Both the position numbers and the translations under genes were made by a program. DNA of 64,000 nt from a candidate division FCPU426 bacterium. Its GTDB lineage: Bacteria; Oederibacteriota; Muellerivitia; Muellerivitales; Muellerivitaceae. The stretch covers positions 15,445 to 79,444 of the forward strand of contig PLZG01000093.1 of assembly GCA_003152075.1 (NCBI GenBank). The letters run 5' to 3'. Positions 1 through 9,010 of this stretch are shown here, piece after piece (within the stretch, counting starts at the first letter, position 1; every line of letters begins with the position of its first letter). The notes below the pieces were generated by a model. The model searched no databases, was not told where the DNA came from, and saw only the letters and a list, made by a program, of their open reading frames with translations.

Positions 1-270
1 ATAATACTCGTCCTCGTGCATGGTCAAGACCACAACCGCCAAGTGGGGCCGGTCCTTGAAGACCTCCACGGCCACGCGGGGCCCGGGAATATCAGGAAGG
101 CTGATATCCAGCAAAAGCACGTCCAGGGGCATTTGGGCGGCGGCCTTGATGGTTTCCAGGCCCGTGCCCGTTTCCCCAACGACGATAATATCAGTTTCCT
201 TCTCAAGCAAAACCTTAAGGCCGCTGCGAAACACGGCGTGGTCGTCGGCGATCAGGACGCGGATAGACAT
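1..270 (-). CDS. NarL/FixJ-family response regulator, receiver domain only (C-terminal HTH lies beyond the window start; partial)
   Basis: Reverse translation from the ATG at 268-270 reads MSIRVLIADDHAVFRSGLKVLLEKETDIIVVGETGTGLETIKAAAQMPLDVLLLDISLPDIPGPRVAVEV..., a typical REC domain with acidic pocket. It sits immediately downstream of, and overlaps the stop of, the HisKA_3 kinase, which is the classic NarXL-type pairing. It runs off the window edge, so no ORF was called in the track. Confidence 0.7.
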   Translation of the reverse strand, partial: MSIRVLIADDHAVFRSGLKVLLEKETDIIVVGETGTGLETIKAAAQMPLDVLLLDISLPDIPGPRVAVEVFKDRPHLAVVVLTMHEDEYY

Positions 271-1850
271 GAACCCACCTCCTGTACCAGGGGTATTTGA
301 ATTCTTACCACCGTTCCCTTCCCGGGTTCGGACTCCACGATGCAGGTTCCACCCACCAACCCGGCCCGTTCCTTCATTCCGGTGATCCCTAGGAAATGGA
401 ATCCGCCTTGGTTGACGCCGGCCGTGTTGAAACCACGGCCGTTGTCCTCAACTAAAAGCGTCATGTTGTCCGGCTGGTAAATGATGACGATGCTGGCCCG
501 GGTGGCGGTCGCGTGTCTCACGACGTTGGTGACGGCTTCCTGGGCAATACGGTAAAAGGTGGTTTCCACCTGTCCTGGAAGCCTGGGGCGCCCGGGCGGC
601 CCCAGGTACTGATAGTCGATGCTGACCCCCGATTGCAGTGACATTTCCTCCGCGTAGCGGGCCAGCGCCGAATCCAGCCCGTAGTCGTCCAAGATGGAGG
701 GCCGCATGTTCCAAGCCAACCGGCGCACCTGATCGATCAGTTCCCGGAGTTTCCCTTCCAAGAGCTGGCACCGGCTTCGGGGTTTCGACCTATAAAGGCA
801 ATCCGATTGGAGGTTCAGAAGGATTGCCGAGAGGGATTGGCCCATTTGATCATGAAGTTCCCGGGAAATGCTCCGGCGTTCCTCCTCCTGAGCCCGAACG
901 ATTTTGTCCAATAAAGAAAGGCGACTTTTTTCCTTCTCCAGAATTTCCTGTCGGTACTTTTGAAGATTGGCGGTCATTTGGTTGAATGTGGCGGCCAAGC
1001 GCCCGATTTCGTCCTCATAAAACACTTCCGCTTTGGCGGATAATTCCCCCTCACTCACCGTTTGGGCGGCCTTGTCCAATAAATGGATGGGATAGGTCAA
1101 GAAGTGCGCCAGAACCCAAGCCAAGCCTGTTCCCACTACCGCGCAAAAAAGAAGAATCCAAATAACGGAACGACTCAAAACAGATAATTCCCCCACCACC
1201 GTTTGGTTCGCGAGCGCCAATTCTACTTGGCCCCCCCGGCTTCCCAGAATGGGATAGACCGCGTCGAACAAAAGACCTCCTTGAGTAGGGAAAACCCGCA
1301 GGAGACCCCCTTGCCCGACGGTAACAGAATCGGTCCCGCGAAGGTTTTCCGGAAAGGACTCGTTGAAGGTATCGCCTGCCACCCGGCCCTTTGAATTCCT
1401 GACCACGATATACCGAAGATCGGGGAAGATTTTCAAATAACGGGCTAACAGCTGGTCGAGGGACGACCGGGAGTCCATCGAAGGGGTTCGTTCCAGTTGG
1501 AGGGAAAGGGAATGGGCCAATTCAAGAGTCCGTTGTTCGAGGTTACGGTGAAGGATACGGGCCGTGATGGTTTGAGTTTGCCAAAGGGTTACTGTCCCGA
1601 ATAAAACTGCCACAAGGACCCCGATCCCCAATACCTTCCAAAAAATGGGGACGGACAAAAGCCTGCGAAAAAATCGATGCATTGGGCGGCTTTTACCGGA
1701 AGGAATGAAAAACGCGGTTAGGCGGGCCAAATCTGGAAAAAAAGCTTTGGTGCCGACCGGAAAATCGGATGCCGATAACTTCACTGGTGGGGCGGATGGT
1801 TTCATTTTCACCGGCTTTTTTGGTATTCGGTAAGCGAATGATTCATGCAA
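252..1850 (-). CDS. Sensor histidine kinase (2 TM, periplasmic sensor, HAMP, HisKA_3, HATPase_c)
   Basis: The translation contains ELHDQMGQSLSAILLNLQ (HisKA_3 H-box) and N/G1/G2 ATPase boxes (EAVTNVVRHA, DNGRGF, GLGITGMKERAGLVGG). Hydrophobic segments flank a periplasmic domain of about 150 aa. The true start may be the internal Met MHRFFRR at about 1682. Confidence 0.8.
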   Translation of the reverse strand: MHESFAYRIPKKPVKMKPSAPPVKLSASDFPVGTKAFFPDLARLTAFFIPSGKSRPMHRFFRRLLSVPIFWKVLGIGVLVAVLFGTVTLWQTQTITARILHRNLEQRTLELAHSLSLQLERTPSMDSRSSLDQLLARYLKIFPDLRYIVVRNSKGRVAGDTFNESFPENLRGTDSVTVGQGGLLRVFPTQGGLLFDAVYPILGSRGGQVELALANQTVVGELSVLSRSVIWILLFCAVVGTGLAWVLAHFLTYPIHLLDKAAQTVSEGELSAKAEVFYEDEIGRLAATFNQMTANLQKYRQEILEKEKSRLSLLDKIVRAQEEERRSISRELHDQMGQSLSAILLNLQSDCLYRSKPRSRCQLLEGKLRELIDQVRRLAWNMRPSILDDYGLDSALARYAEEMSLQSGVSIDYQYLGPPGRPRLPGQVETTFYRIAQEAVTNVVRHATATRASIVIIYQPDNMTLLVEDNGRGFNTAGVNQGGFHFLGITGMKERAGLVGGTCIVESEPGKGTVVRIQIPLVQEVGSCLSAS

Positions 1851-1984
1851 AATCGCATTTCGAGAAGTTCCGTGGGCATGACGTCATCCGGAAACCGGGT
1901 AGTTCCCACTGGCAATTTTCCGAGGCCTTTTTTCATATATAACGAGCCTTGCAGCTATAGGAAACCACAATTCCCCGGCTGTTA

Positions 1985-2002
1985 TTATGACAAGGATCAT
2001 AA
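1985..2002. promoter_or_regulatory. CRP/FNR-type palindrome TTATGAC-aagg-ATCATAA about 215 bp upstream of the cyc2-like gene
   Basis: Near-perfect inverted repeat with 5-N4-5 architecture (TGAC-N4-ATCA core). It is closely related to the site upstream of the cox operon (TTATGAG-ataa-ATCATAA). Confidence 0.35.
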
Positions 2003-2218
2003 AAAGATTTTGACCAATGAAAAGAGGGCGTTTTCGAGTGGGGGCGAGGTGATTTTTGATCCCTCCGTATTTTTTACTGATCCTCCCGTCATTAAATCGG
2101 CATTTCCCACGGACGAATTCTTTTTTCTACGTAAGTAAAATCCTCCTGAAATTGCGAAAAGCTTCTCAACTGAGCGGATCGCATATTTTGTCGAAGAAAT
2201 CTTGGGAGGAGAGAATCG

Positions 2219-3487
2219 ATGATGAAAACCCTGAAGTGGCTGGCCTTAGGAATCGTTTTAACTCTGTTTTGTTCGCAGGGGGCAATGGCCGTACCGATGT
2301 TCGCGAGGATGTACAGTTACAATTGCACCATGTGCCACGATCCGGGTTATGGCCAATTGAATAAGTTCGGGTACAATTTCCGCGCGGCCGGTTACCGAAT
2401 CCCCGCTGACATAGGGAAGGACATGAACGGCGGGAAGTTCGACATGACCAATTACATCGCCGCCCGATATTCCGCCGGTGGCAGCCTTAAAACCACTTCT
2501 AACGCCAATGGTGCTCCCACACCCGACAACGCCAGTTTCACCTTGGGGGGTGCCAGCATCTTTCTCGGAGGGGGAATCAGCAAGAATTTTTTCTCCTACA
2601 GTGAATTGGGCTTGGGAAACGGAACCAACATTTTCTCGGGAACAGCCCCCAATTTAAACAACGCTAAGATTGGATTTGTCACCGGAAGCGAAAACCAATT
2701 CTTTACGGTGAGAATCGGTAAATTCGGCGCCGATGGTTTCGGCGGATCGGACAGAGGTCCAGTGGGAAACTCGACCATCTCTTCTGCGATAAAGCCCACC
2801 GGAACCGGCTTGGAGTTGGGATATACCTACCAGGATACCCGAATCACGTTGGGTTTCTTTGACGGGATTCAAAATCCTCAAGTCACCGGTCTCGTGACTA
2901 GCAATTCAAAAGCGGTTACTTCCAGCAGCGTCCAAGGCCCCACCGCCGACTCCAATAACTCGAAGGACATCCAGCTGTTCGTCAATCAATTCATCGGTGA
3001 TGACGGGCTGGCTGTGAACGCAGTTTATTACAATGGGTTCAACGCCTCGGTTGGCGCGACCGCCGCGGCGGGCGGAACCGGTGACGCGGTTGGCCAAGAG
3101 TACTTCAACACGGCCATCTTCATCTCTTCTCCCATCGTTAAGAAGCTGGGCATCAAGGTAGGCGCGGAAATGGGCGCGACCAATATAGGAATTTTCCCAA
3201 CCACCGGAATTGTCGGCCCCACTAACGGCGGCTTTTTCGGCGAATTGGATTACGCGATGGACGACCTTACCCCCTTGGTCTTCCGTTACGACTATACAAC
3301 AACCGACTTCAACACTTTGTACACGGACACGCAGAAATTCACCCTGGGTGCCCTTTTACCCTTCGTCGAACAGGTTTACATGAACCCAACCTTCGCTTTG
3401 ACGATGAACAACGCCGGGTTAGTCAACGGTGCAGATGCTTACAACAACATCTATACGTTTACTGATTCATTAGCCGTATTCTTTTAA
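2219..3487 (+). CDS. cyc2: Cyc2-like fused monohaem c-type cytochrome / outer-membrane beta-barrel porin
   Basis: Signal peptide (MMKTLKWLALGIVLTLFCSQGAMA). A single CxxCH (CTMCH) lies within 20 aa of the mature N-terminus. The remaining ~380 aa is G/T/N/Y/F-rich with alternating amphipathic strands and ends in an aromatic residue (..AVFF), which is typical of beta-barrel OMPs. The N-terminal motif is paralogous to ORF 47633..49012. Acidithiobacillus Cyc2 and Leptospirillum Cyt572 have this architecture. Confidence 0.6.
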   Translation: MMKTLKWLALGIVLTLFCSQGAMAVPMFARMYSYNCTMCHDPGYGQLNKFGYNFRAAGYRIPADIGKDMNGGKFDMTNYIAARYSAGGSLKTTSNANGAPTPDNASFTLGGASIFLGGGISKNFFSYSELGLGNGTNIFSGTAPNLNNAKIGFVTGSENQFFTVRIGKFGADGFGGSDRGPVGNSTISSAIKPTGTGLELGYTYQDTRITLGFFDGIQNPQVTGLVTSNSKAVTSSSVQGPTADSNNSKDIQLFVNQFIGDDGLAVNAVYYNGFNASVGATAAAGGTGDAVGQEYFNTAIFISSPIVKKLGIKVGAEMGATNIGIFPTTGIVGPTNGGFFGELDYAMDDLTPLVFRYDYTTTDFNTLYTDTQKFTLGALLPFVEQVYMNPTFALTMNNAGLVNGADAYNNIYTFTDSLAVFF

Positions 3488-3564
3488 GAAGAGGGCATAC
3501 GGTGAGCCACTATAAAAGTGGCCCACTAAAAAATCTTAGATTCAAACTAACCAAGGAGTCGTTT

Positions 3565-3957
3565 ATGAAAAATCATCTCAGAGAACATGCAGGATTCGCC
3601 GCGATATTCTTTTCGCTGGCCCTATTCCTCCTGGCCTTTTCTGTGGCCCGGAGCGAGGATTTGGCCGCCGGCAAGAAAATCTTCGAGGGAAAATGTGCCC
3701 AATGCCATGGCAAGGACGCCAAGGGCGTGGTCAAAATGGCCAAGGTTCTAAAAGTGGAACCTGTGCTGATTGACCTTACCCGTGACGAGGCGGTCAAGCT
3801 ATCCAATGCGGACAAGGTAAAAACCGTAACCGAAGGCAATAAAAAGATGCCGAAATACAAAGGAAAACTCACAGATGAACAGATTGGACAGGTAGTCCAA
3901 TATCTGGAATCATTGCAAGGGGCTGGAAAAAAAACTAATAAAACAAAAGCTCGATAA
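3565..3957 (+). CDS. Periplasmic monohaem class-I cytochrome c (paralogue 1 of 3)
   Basis: RBS AAGGAG precedes the ATG at 3565. Signal peptide is followed by CAQCHGKDAKG (CxxCH) and a downstream Met ligand (KKMPKY). It is about 60% identical to ORF 4247..4603. An intrinsic terminator follows. Confidence 0.85.
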   Translation: MKNHLREHAGFAAIFFSLALFLLAFSVARSEDLAAGKKIFEGKCAQCHGKDAKGVVKMAKVLKVEPVLIDLTRDEAVKLSNADKVKTVTEGNKKMPKYKGKLTDEQIGQVVQYLESLQGAGKKTNKTKAR

Positions 3958-4016
3958 GGGCGGAGAAAAGAAAAAATAATAGGGGTTCACTCATCTCTCT
4001 CCTTAAAGCTTCACGA

Positions 4017-4048
4017 AAAGGGTCGGCCCCAAACCGGCCCTTTTCTTA
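4017..4048 (+). terminator. Rho-independent terminator after cytochrome c paralogue 1
   Basis: aaaaGGGTCGGCCCCaaaCCGGCCCttttctt: a GC hairpin followed by a T-run. Confidence 0.6.
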
Positions 4049-4246
4049 ATCGGGAGGTCATTTTTAGCAAGTATTCCAACAGGAGCGGATCACCCCAAGG
4101 CCAGGAAAAAGGGGTTTTGTTTAGTGTCAAGGAAAAGGCGGAGATTTAATTCCACTTTTTCTTAGGTTAAATGGGCAGAGTCTTGAAAATCCATGGGCAT
4201 CAAGCGATGATGACCCAGATTTTGAAAAGACAAACAGGGAGGACTT

Positions 4247-4603
4247 ATGCGCTGGTTTTTATTACTGGTTGGCGGCTTGATTCTTATTGCAGGAAACAAT
4301 GTTTGGGGCGCGGAAACCGCTGATCCCGGCAAGAAGCTTTTCGAGTCCAAGTGCGCCCAGTGTCACGGGAAAGACGCAAAAGGCCAACCCAAGATGGCAC
4401 CCGTCCTCATGGTAGAGCCGGCATTGATCGACTTAACGAGGGCCGACGCAGCCAAACTTTCCTTTGCCGAAAAAGTCAAAATTGTGACCAACGGGAAAAA
4501 TAAAATGTTGAAGTTCAAGAAAAAACTGACGGACGAACAGATTCAACAAGTGGTTAAATACGTGGAATCACTTCAAGGAGTTAGTGCCGGAAAGAAAAAA
4601 TAA
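4247..4603 (+). CDS. Periplasmic monohaem cytochrome c (paralogue 2)
   Basis: Signal peptide, CAQCHGKDAKG, Met ligand (NKMLKF). RBS GGGAGG sits upstream and a terminator downstream. Confidence 0.85.
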   Translation: MRWFLLLVGGLILIAGNNVWGAETADPGKKLFESKCAQCHGKDAKGQPKMAPVLMVEPALIDLTRADAAKLSFAEKVKIVTNGKNKMLKFKKKLTDEQIQQVVKYVESLQGVSAGKKK

Positions 4604-4633
4604 TTTTTTCGCCAACCTCTTTCCATCCAACAG

Positions 4634-4666
4634 AAAGACCGGTCCCGGACCGGCTTTTTGTTTTTA
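4634..4666 (+). terminator. Rho-independent terminator after cytochrome c paralogue 2
   Basis: GACCGGTCCcGGACCGGC hairpin followed by TTTTTGTTTTT. Confidence 0.6.
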
Positions 4667-4836
4667 GCCAACCGTTTAAAATATTGTTTAGTTCGTCGTT
4701 TATATGTGCTGCGTCATATTGAACATCTGGTGGACATTTTAAAATTTCTTAACTTAGGCGGGGTTTCGACCCGTTTGATTTTAAACACAACGAGCGGAAA
4801 ATTTTATTCTGTTCGGCCATTATCAAGGAGGTTCGC

Positions 4837-5229
4837 GTGATGAATTTCAGGATAAAACACGCTTGTGTTTTTTCAGTTTTCACTCTCTTGTCTTTTTTAA
4901 TCCCCGCCCTTTCCCGGGCTCAGGGAAGCAACATGGAGTTTGGAAAAAAATATTTCGATGGGAAATGCGCCCGTTGCCATGGAAAAGACGGGGCAGGAAA
5001 CCCCAAGATGACCCAATTATTAAATACCGATTTGAAAAAAATAAATCTTCATCGAGACGAGATCCGCCATATGTCTGTCATCCAAATCGAGGCGATAATC
5101 GACAGCGGCAAGCATCGGATGCCGAAATACGGTGGAAAATTAACGGATTCACAAATCCATGATATAGCCTCCTACGTTAAATTTTTGATCAGAAACGAAG
5201 CCAAGAAGGAAGAAAAGACATCTAACTAA
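4837..5229 (+). CDS. Periplasmic monohaem cytochrome c (paralogue 3, more divergent)
   Basis: Signal peptide, CARCHGKDGAG, Met ligand (HRMPKY). It has its own AT-rich promoter region and RBS AAGGAGG. It is followed after 10 bp by the Rieske gene, so it is probably co-transcribed with the bc complex. Confidence 0.8.
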   Translation: MMNFRIKHACVFSVFTLLSFLIPALSRAQGSNMEFGKKYFDGKCARCHGKDGAGNPKMTQLLNTDLKKINLHRDEIRHMSVIQIEAIIDSGKHRMPKYGGKLTDSQIHDIASYVKFLIRNEAKKEEKTSN

Positions 5230-5239
5230 GGAGAGATTA

Positions 5240-5743
5240 ATGTGCCCGTCCGATAATAAACCGAATCAACCCGAAAACCCCCAACGCCGGACGTTTCTCA
5301 TCGCCCTCATCACGGCTATGGGTGGATTCATCAGCTTTGTTTTGGGCGGTTCCGGCCTTTTTTATTTCCTCTCCCCCGCCTGGCGGAGCAAAAAGGAAGA
5401 TTGGGTGGAAGTAGGTCCGGTGGACAGCGTAAAAGAGGGCGACCCGGTTAAACTGGATTACGTCAAACGCAAGATGGACGGCTGGAATGTTATCGAGAGC
5501 CCCAGTTCCGTATGGGTAGTCCAACAAAAAGGAGAGTGGGTTGCCTATGACCCCCACTGCACCCATTTGGGCTGTCCTTACCGCTGGGATGCTTCCAAAC
5601 AGGCTTTTCTCTGCCCCTGTCACGGTGGGGTTTTCACTAAAGATGGCAATGTAGTCTCCGGGCCCCCTCCCAAACCCCTGAATCGCTTCCCCGTGAAGGT
5701 CGAGGGCGGGACCATTTACGTCCTGCCGGAGGGGATCGCCTAA
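5240..5743 (+). CDS. Rieske [2Fe-2S] iron-sulfur subunit of a cytochrome bc/b6f-type complex
   Basis: N-terminal TM anchor. Rieske boxes CTHLGCP and CPCHGGVF. RBS AAGGAGAG. The stop overlaps the start of the cytochrome b gene (ATGA). Confidence 0.85.
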   Translation: MCPSDNKPNQPENPQRRTFLIALITAMGGFISFVLGGSGLFYFLSPAWRSKKEDWVEVGPVDSVKEGDPVKLDYVKRKMDGWNVIESPSSVWVVQQKGEWVAYDPHCTHLGCPYRWDASKQAFLCPCHGGVFTKDGNVVSGPPPKPLNRFPVKVEGGTIYVLPEGIA

Positions 5744-7374
5744 TGAAAACTATTCTCGATTGGCTCGACGAACGCACCGGCTGGCGCAAAATCAAGGAAG
5801 TCATCCTGGACCGGCATATCCCCAAGGGTGTGGACTGGCGTTACACCCTAGGAAGCGTCACTCTTTTCTTCTTCGTTCTACAAGTAGTCACCGGCATCCT
5901 TTTGGCCATGCATTACTCCCCCTCCCCCGATCATGCCTATGACTCGGTAAAGTACCTTTCGAAGGAAGTCCCAATGGGGGGCTTCTTGAGGAGTTTACAC
6001 AAATGGGGCGCCACAGGAATGGTGGTGACGGTGTTCCTGCATATGCTTCGGGTGTTTTTCATGGGGGCCTATAAGTATCCCCGGGAAGTCACATGGCTCT
6101 CCGGAATCCTTCTCTTTTTCTTTGTGATCGGTTTTGGGTTTACCGGTTATCTTCTCCCCTGGGACCAGAAAGCCTATTGGGCCACCACCGTGGGCGCCCA
6201 TATGGTGGAACAAGTTCCTTATTTTGGCGCTGGCCTGGCGAAAATCATGAAAGGCGGCCAGGATTTGGGCGCCGTCACCTTGGCGCGGTTTTATGCCATC
6301 CACGTGCTGGTTTTCCCCGCCTTGACTCTCCTCTTCATGGTTATCCATCTTTTCCTGGTGGTTTGGCACGGAATCTCCGCTCCACCGGAGCGCGAAACTC
6401 CTTCGACCGATCGCAGGGATCCGAACTGGAAAACCCGCCTTCAGGCCCGCTACCTGGAACTCAAGTCCCAGGGAAAATCTTTCTGGCCCTATATCATCTT
6501 TAAGGACACCGTGGCGGTTACCTTGGTCTTCCTCATTGTCCTAGGCGTAGCCCTGTGGAAAGGTGCGGAGCTGGAGGATTTGGCCAACCCCACCGACACT
6601 ACCTATAACCCCCGGCCCGAGTGGTATTTCCTTTCGGTATTCCAATTGCTGAAATATTTCCCCGGCAAACTGGAAGCTTTCGCCATCGTCCTGTTGCCGC
6701 TGATTGTCGTCACACTATTGTTCGCCCTCCCCTTCCTGGATAAAGGGCCCCGGAGGCACCCGGCCGACCGCAAATGGCTGGTGGCGGCCGGTTGGATGGC
6801 CGTATTGGGTTTAATCGTTTTGACAGTCCAAGGCGCCTACACGCCCTTGACCAATCCCGTCGGCGAAAAAAACCCAATGGTCATGGAAGGAAAGCGTCTT
6901 TACGGAGACCTCCACTGCGAGTATTGCCACACCTTGCACGGCCACGGAGGAACAGTTGGCCCGGTCCTGGATGAAGTCGGCATACGCCGCAACCAGGATT
7001 GGCTGGCCAACCACTTCCGAAACCCCAAAAAAGTAACGCCTGGAACCAAGATGCCCAACTTCAATCTTTTGGATGGCGAGGTGGAATCCCTGGTGGCTTA
7101 CATGAGCACCTTGGGGGCGGGAACATTCACGGCGAAGGCCCCAGGGCTCTTCGAGGAAAACTGCGCTACCTGTCATAAATTCCATGGGGTAGGCGAGGAA
7201 ATCGCTACCGATTTGACCCATATCGCGGGAGTTCGGGACGCCGATTACATCGCGGCTTATATCAAGGATCCTATCAAGTTGAATCCCGATGCCGCCATGC
7301 AGGGCTTTTCCGACCAATTGACCGCGGACCAGATTAAGGACTTGGCCAATTACCTGTACCAGCAGGGTAAATAA
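5743..7374 (+). CDS. Cytochrome b (b6 plus subunit-IV-like) with fused C-terminal dihaem cytochrome c domain
   Basis: Eight predicted TM helices with paired His ligands in helices B/D (..HYSP.., ..LHMLRVFF.., ..HVLVFPAL.., ..HLFLVVWHG). The C-terminal ~170 aa carries two CxxCH motifs (CEYCH, CATCH). This domain is paralogous to the stand-alone dihaem cytochrome 49136..49798. Confidence 0.85.
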   Translation: MKTILDWLDERTGWRKIKEVILDRHIPKGVDWRYTLGSVTLFFFVLQVVTGILLAMHYSPSPDHAYDSVKYLSKEVPMGGFLRSLHKWGATGMVVTVFLHMLRVFFMGAYKYPREVTWLSGILLFFFVIGFGFTGYLLPWDQKAYWATTVGAHMVEQVPYFGAGLAKIMKGGQDLGAVTLARFYAIHVLVFPALTLLFMVIHLFLVVWHGISAPPERETPSTDRRDPNWKTRLQARYLELKSQGKSFWPYIIFKDTVAVTLVFLIVLGVALWKGAELEDLANPTDTTYNPRPEWYFLSVFQLLKYFPGKLEAFAIVLLPLIVVTLLFALPFLDKGPRRHPADRKWLVAAGWMAVLGLIVLTVQGAYTPLTNPVGEKNPMVMEGKRLYGDLHCEYCHTLHGHGGTVGPVLDEVGIRRNQDWLANHFRNPKKVTPGTKMPNFNLLDGEVESLVAYMSTLGAGTFTAKAPGLFEENCATCHKFHGVGEEIATDLTHIAGVRDADYIAAYIKDPIKLNPDAAMQGFSDQLTADQIKDLANYLYQQGK

Positions 7375-7429
7375 ACCAGGCCGTTTTCAAAATTCAGCCC
7401 AAGAGATTAAATTGCCTTACAATGGGCTT

Positions 7430-8014
7430 ATGGGAAAACACCTTACCATCTTTTTGCTTGGCGCGGCCTTCATGGCCTGTATCCCACTTTCCTCTTTCGC
7501 CGGCCAGGGTGGCGACCCCGTCACCCTAACCTTCCAGGAAAAACAGGGACATTTCGATATCATTGGCCATTTTAGTGTCCAAGCCGATTCAAAAGTGGTT
7601 TGGGATACCCTTACCGATTTTGAAAATTATCCCCATTTCTCACATGAGTTGAAAAAAGTAAACGTAACCAATCCGTCCCCAAATCATCTAACCGCGGAAG
7701 AAATGGCGGAAAGCGGAGTGTTGTTTTTTACTCAAAAGGTTTATTTCACTTTAGACATCCATTTGGAACCTGAAAAATCTATCCTTTCGAAGGACACAGG
7801 CCATAAAAGTTTCGTTTCCTACCAAAGCGAATGGAATCTCGAACCCGGCAATGGCAGAAAAACCATGGAATTGACTTATCATTTATTAGCGGAAGGGCAC
7901 TTCGGTGGACCCGCCTTCATGGTCAACGACACTTTCAAAGGTGGCATCAAGAACTTCCTGGAATCCATGCGCAAGGAAATCCTGCGGCGTCAGGAGAATA
8001 AATTTCAGAAATAG
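7430..8014 (+). CDS. Secreted SRPBCC (polyketide-cyclase/Bet v1-like) superfamily protein, hypothetical
   Basis: Signal peptide; mixed alpha/beta ~170 aa mature domain. Clear paralogue of 57293..57943 (shared ..W..LTD[FY].[NH][FY]..F.. core). Fold assignment is tentative. Confidence 0.45.
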   Translation: MGKHLTIFLLGAAFMACIPLSSFAGQGGDPVTLTFQEKQGHFDIIGHFSVQADSKVVWDTLTDFENYPHFSHELKKVNVTNPSPNHLTAEEMAESGVLFFTQKVYFTLDIHLEPEKSILSKDTGHKSFVSYQSEWNLEPGNGRKTMELTYHLLAEGHFGGPAFMVNDTFKGGIKNFLESMRKEILRRQENKFQK

Positions 8015-8066
8015 TTATTCTGGAGTTTTAATTTTATTCCACGATTTTGATTTCGGGATTTTCATT

Positions 8067-8249
8067 TCACGAAAAAATACGGATGACCCTTTTCGAATCA
8101 GGTCCCTCCCCCATGTATTTCCTGATTGTCGACCACGCAATGGCCCAAGCCCGCTTCCGGGCATAACCTTTCTTCTCATAAGTCTGTTCGATATGTTCCG
8201 CCATACGGTGCTGTTTCGGAGTGTATCTCGCCTTGCTTTTCGTTGTCAT
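8067..8249 (-). CDS. Small basic hypothetical protein (60 aa)
   Basis: ORF only. No recognisable motif; Lys/Arg-rich. Confidence 0.3.
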   Translation of the reverse strand: MTTKSKARYTPKQHRMAEHIEQTYEKKGYARKRAWAIAWSTIRKYMGEGPDSKRVIRIFS

Positions 8250-8434
8250 TTTCCCTCCTGAAAAACAGGGGATTCTCTTAATTTATTATCCCTTTTGAAC
8301 TAAAAGCTCATTATGAGTTGAGTCATAAAAAAGACCTCGGCCCTGCCCTATGATGAAAATGAACGGAAGAAAGATTGGATTCGAAACGAATTGAAATCGC
8401 TTGCAGCCTTCCGGATTTTTTCAACAAGGAGCAC

Positions 8435-8941
8435 AACATGACCCTGTCACAGCCCAAAAGCCTTTTGGAATTGAACGAGATTCACCGCGAAATTGAGGAT
8501 ATGTTTTATTGGCACCAAGCTGCCCTGTTGAAGGCCGACTTTACCGCCGCAAAAAATCTCTTGAAGGAGTATGAAGAAGTCGTCCTCAACCACATGAAAG
8601 AGGAGGAGGATATCTTACTTCCTCTCTACCGGGAGCGCGCCGGCAATATCCGGGGAGGGGACGCCGATATTTTTGTGCTGGAGCATAAAAAAATCTTGGA
8701 ATGGTTGGGCCGGTTGAAATTACGCCTCTCACGTTTAAACCCACCCAACGTGGACACGAAAAACCTGATCGCCCTGCTGGACGACGAAGCCCATTTTAAG
8801 AAATTCATCGAACACCATACGTTACGGGAGAATCGGATTTTTTATCCCGAGATTGAAAGAATTGTAAACGAAAAAGAGAAGGGTTATCTTTTGCGGCTTT
8901 TAACTTTCTCCCCGGAGGAAAAACCGCCCACCAAAGCATGA
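8435..8941 (+). CDS. Hemerythrin HHE cation-binding domain protein
   Basis: Spaced His/Glu ligand pattern (H..E, HxxxE, FIEHH..E) typical of hemerythrin-like O2/NO-binding domains. The start was moved to the Met 6 nt after RBS AAGGAG. Confidence 0.6.
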   Translation, partial: NMTLSQPKSLLELNEIHREIEDMFYWHQAALLKADFTAAKNLLKEYEEVVLNHMKEEEDILLPLYRERAGNIRGGDADIFVLEHKKILEWLGRLKLRLSRLNPPNVDTKNLIALLDDEAHFKKFIEHHTLRENRIFYPEIERIVNEKEKGYLLRLLTFSPEEKPPTKA

Positions 8942-9010
8942 AAAGCGCCTCTTCCCCCGGTCCCATTTCCTCTTTCGGCTCTCGGGACATAGAATGGGAA
9001 GGGAGGGTTT

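Noticed and set aside
1884-1893. ATGACGTCAT (CRE-like TGACGTCA palindrome) upstream of the cyc2-like gene
   Set aside because: The zero-spacer palindrome does not fit the 5-N4-5 architecture shared by the other sites. A 10-bp palindrome like this is plausibly fortuitous, so it is not counted in the regulon motif.
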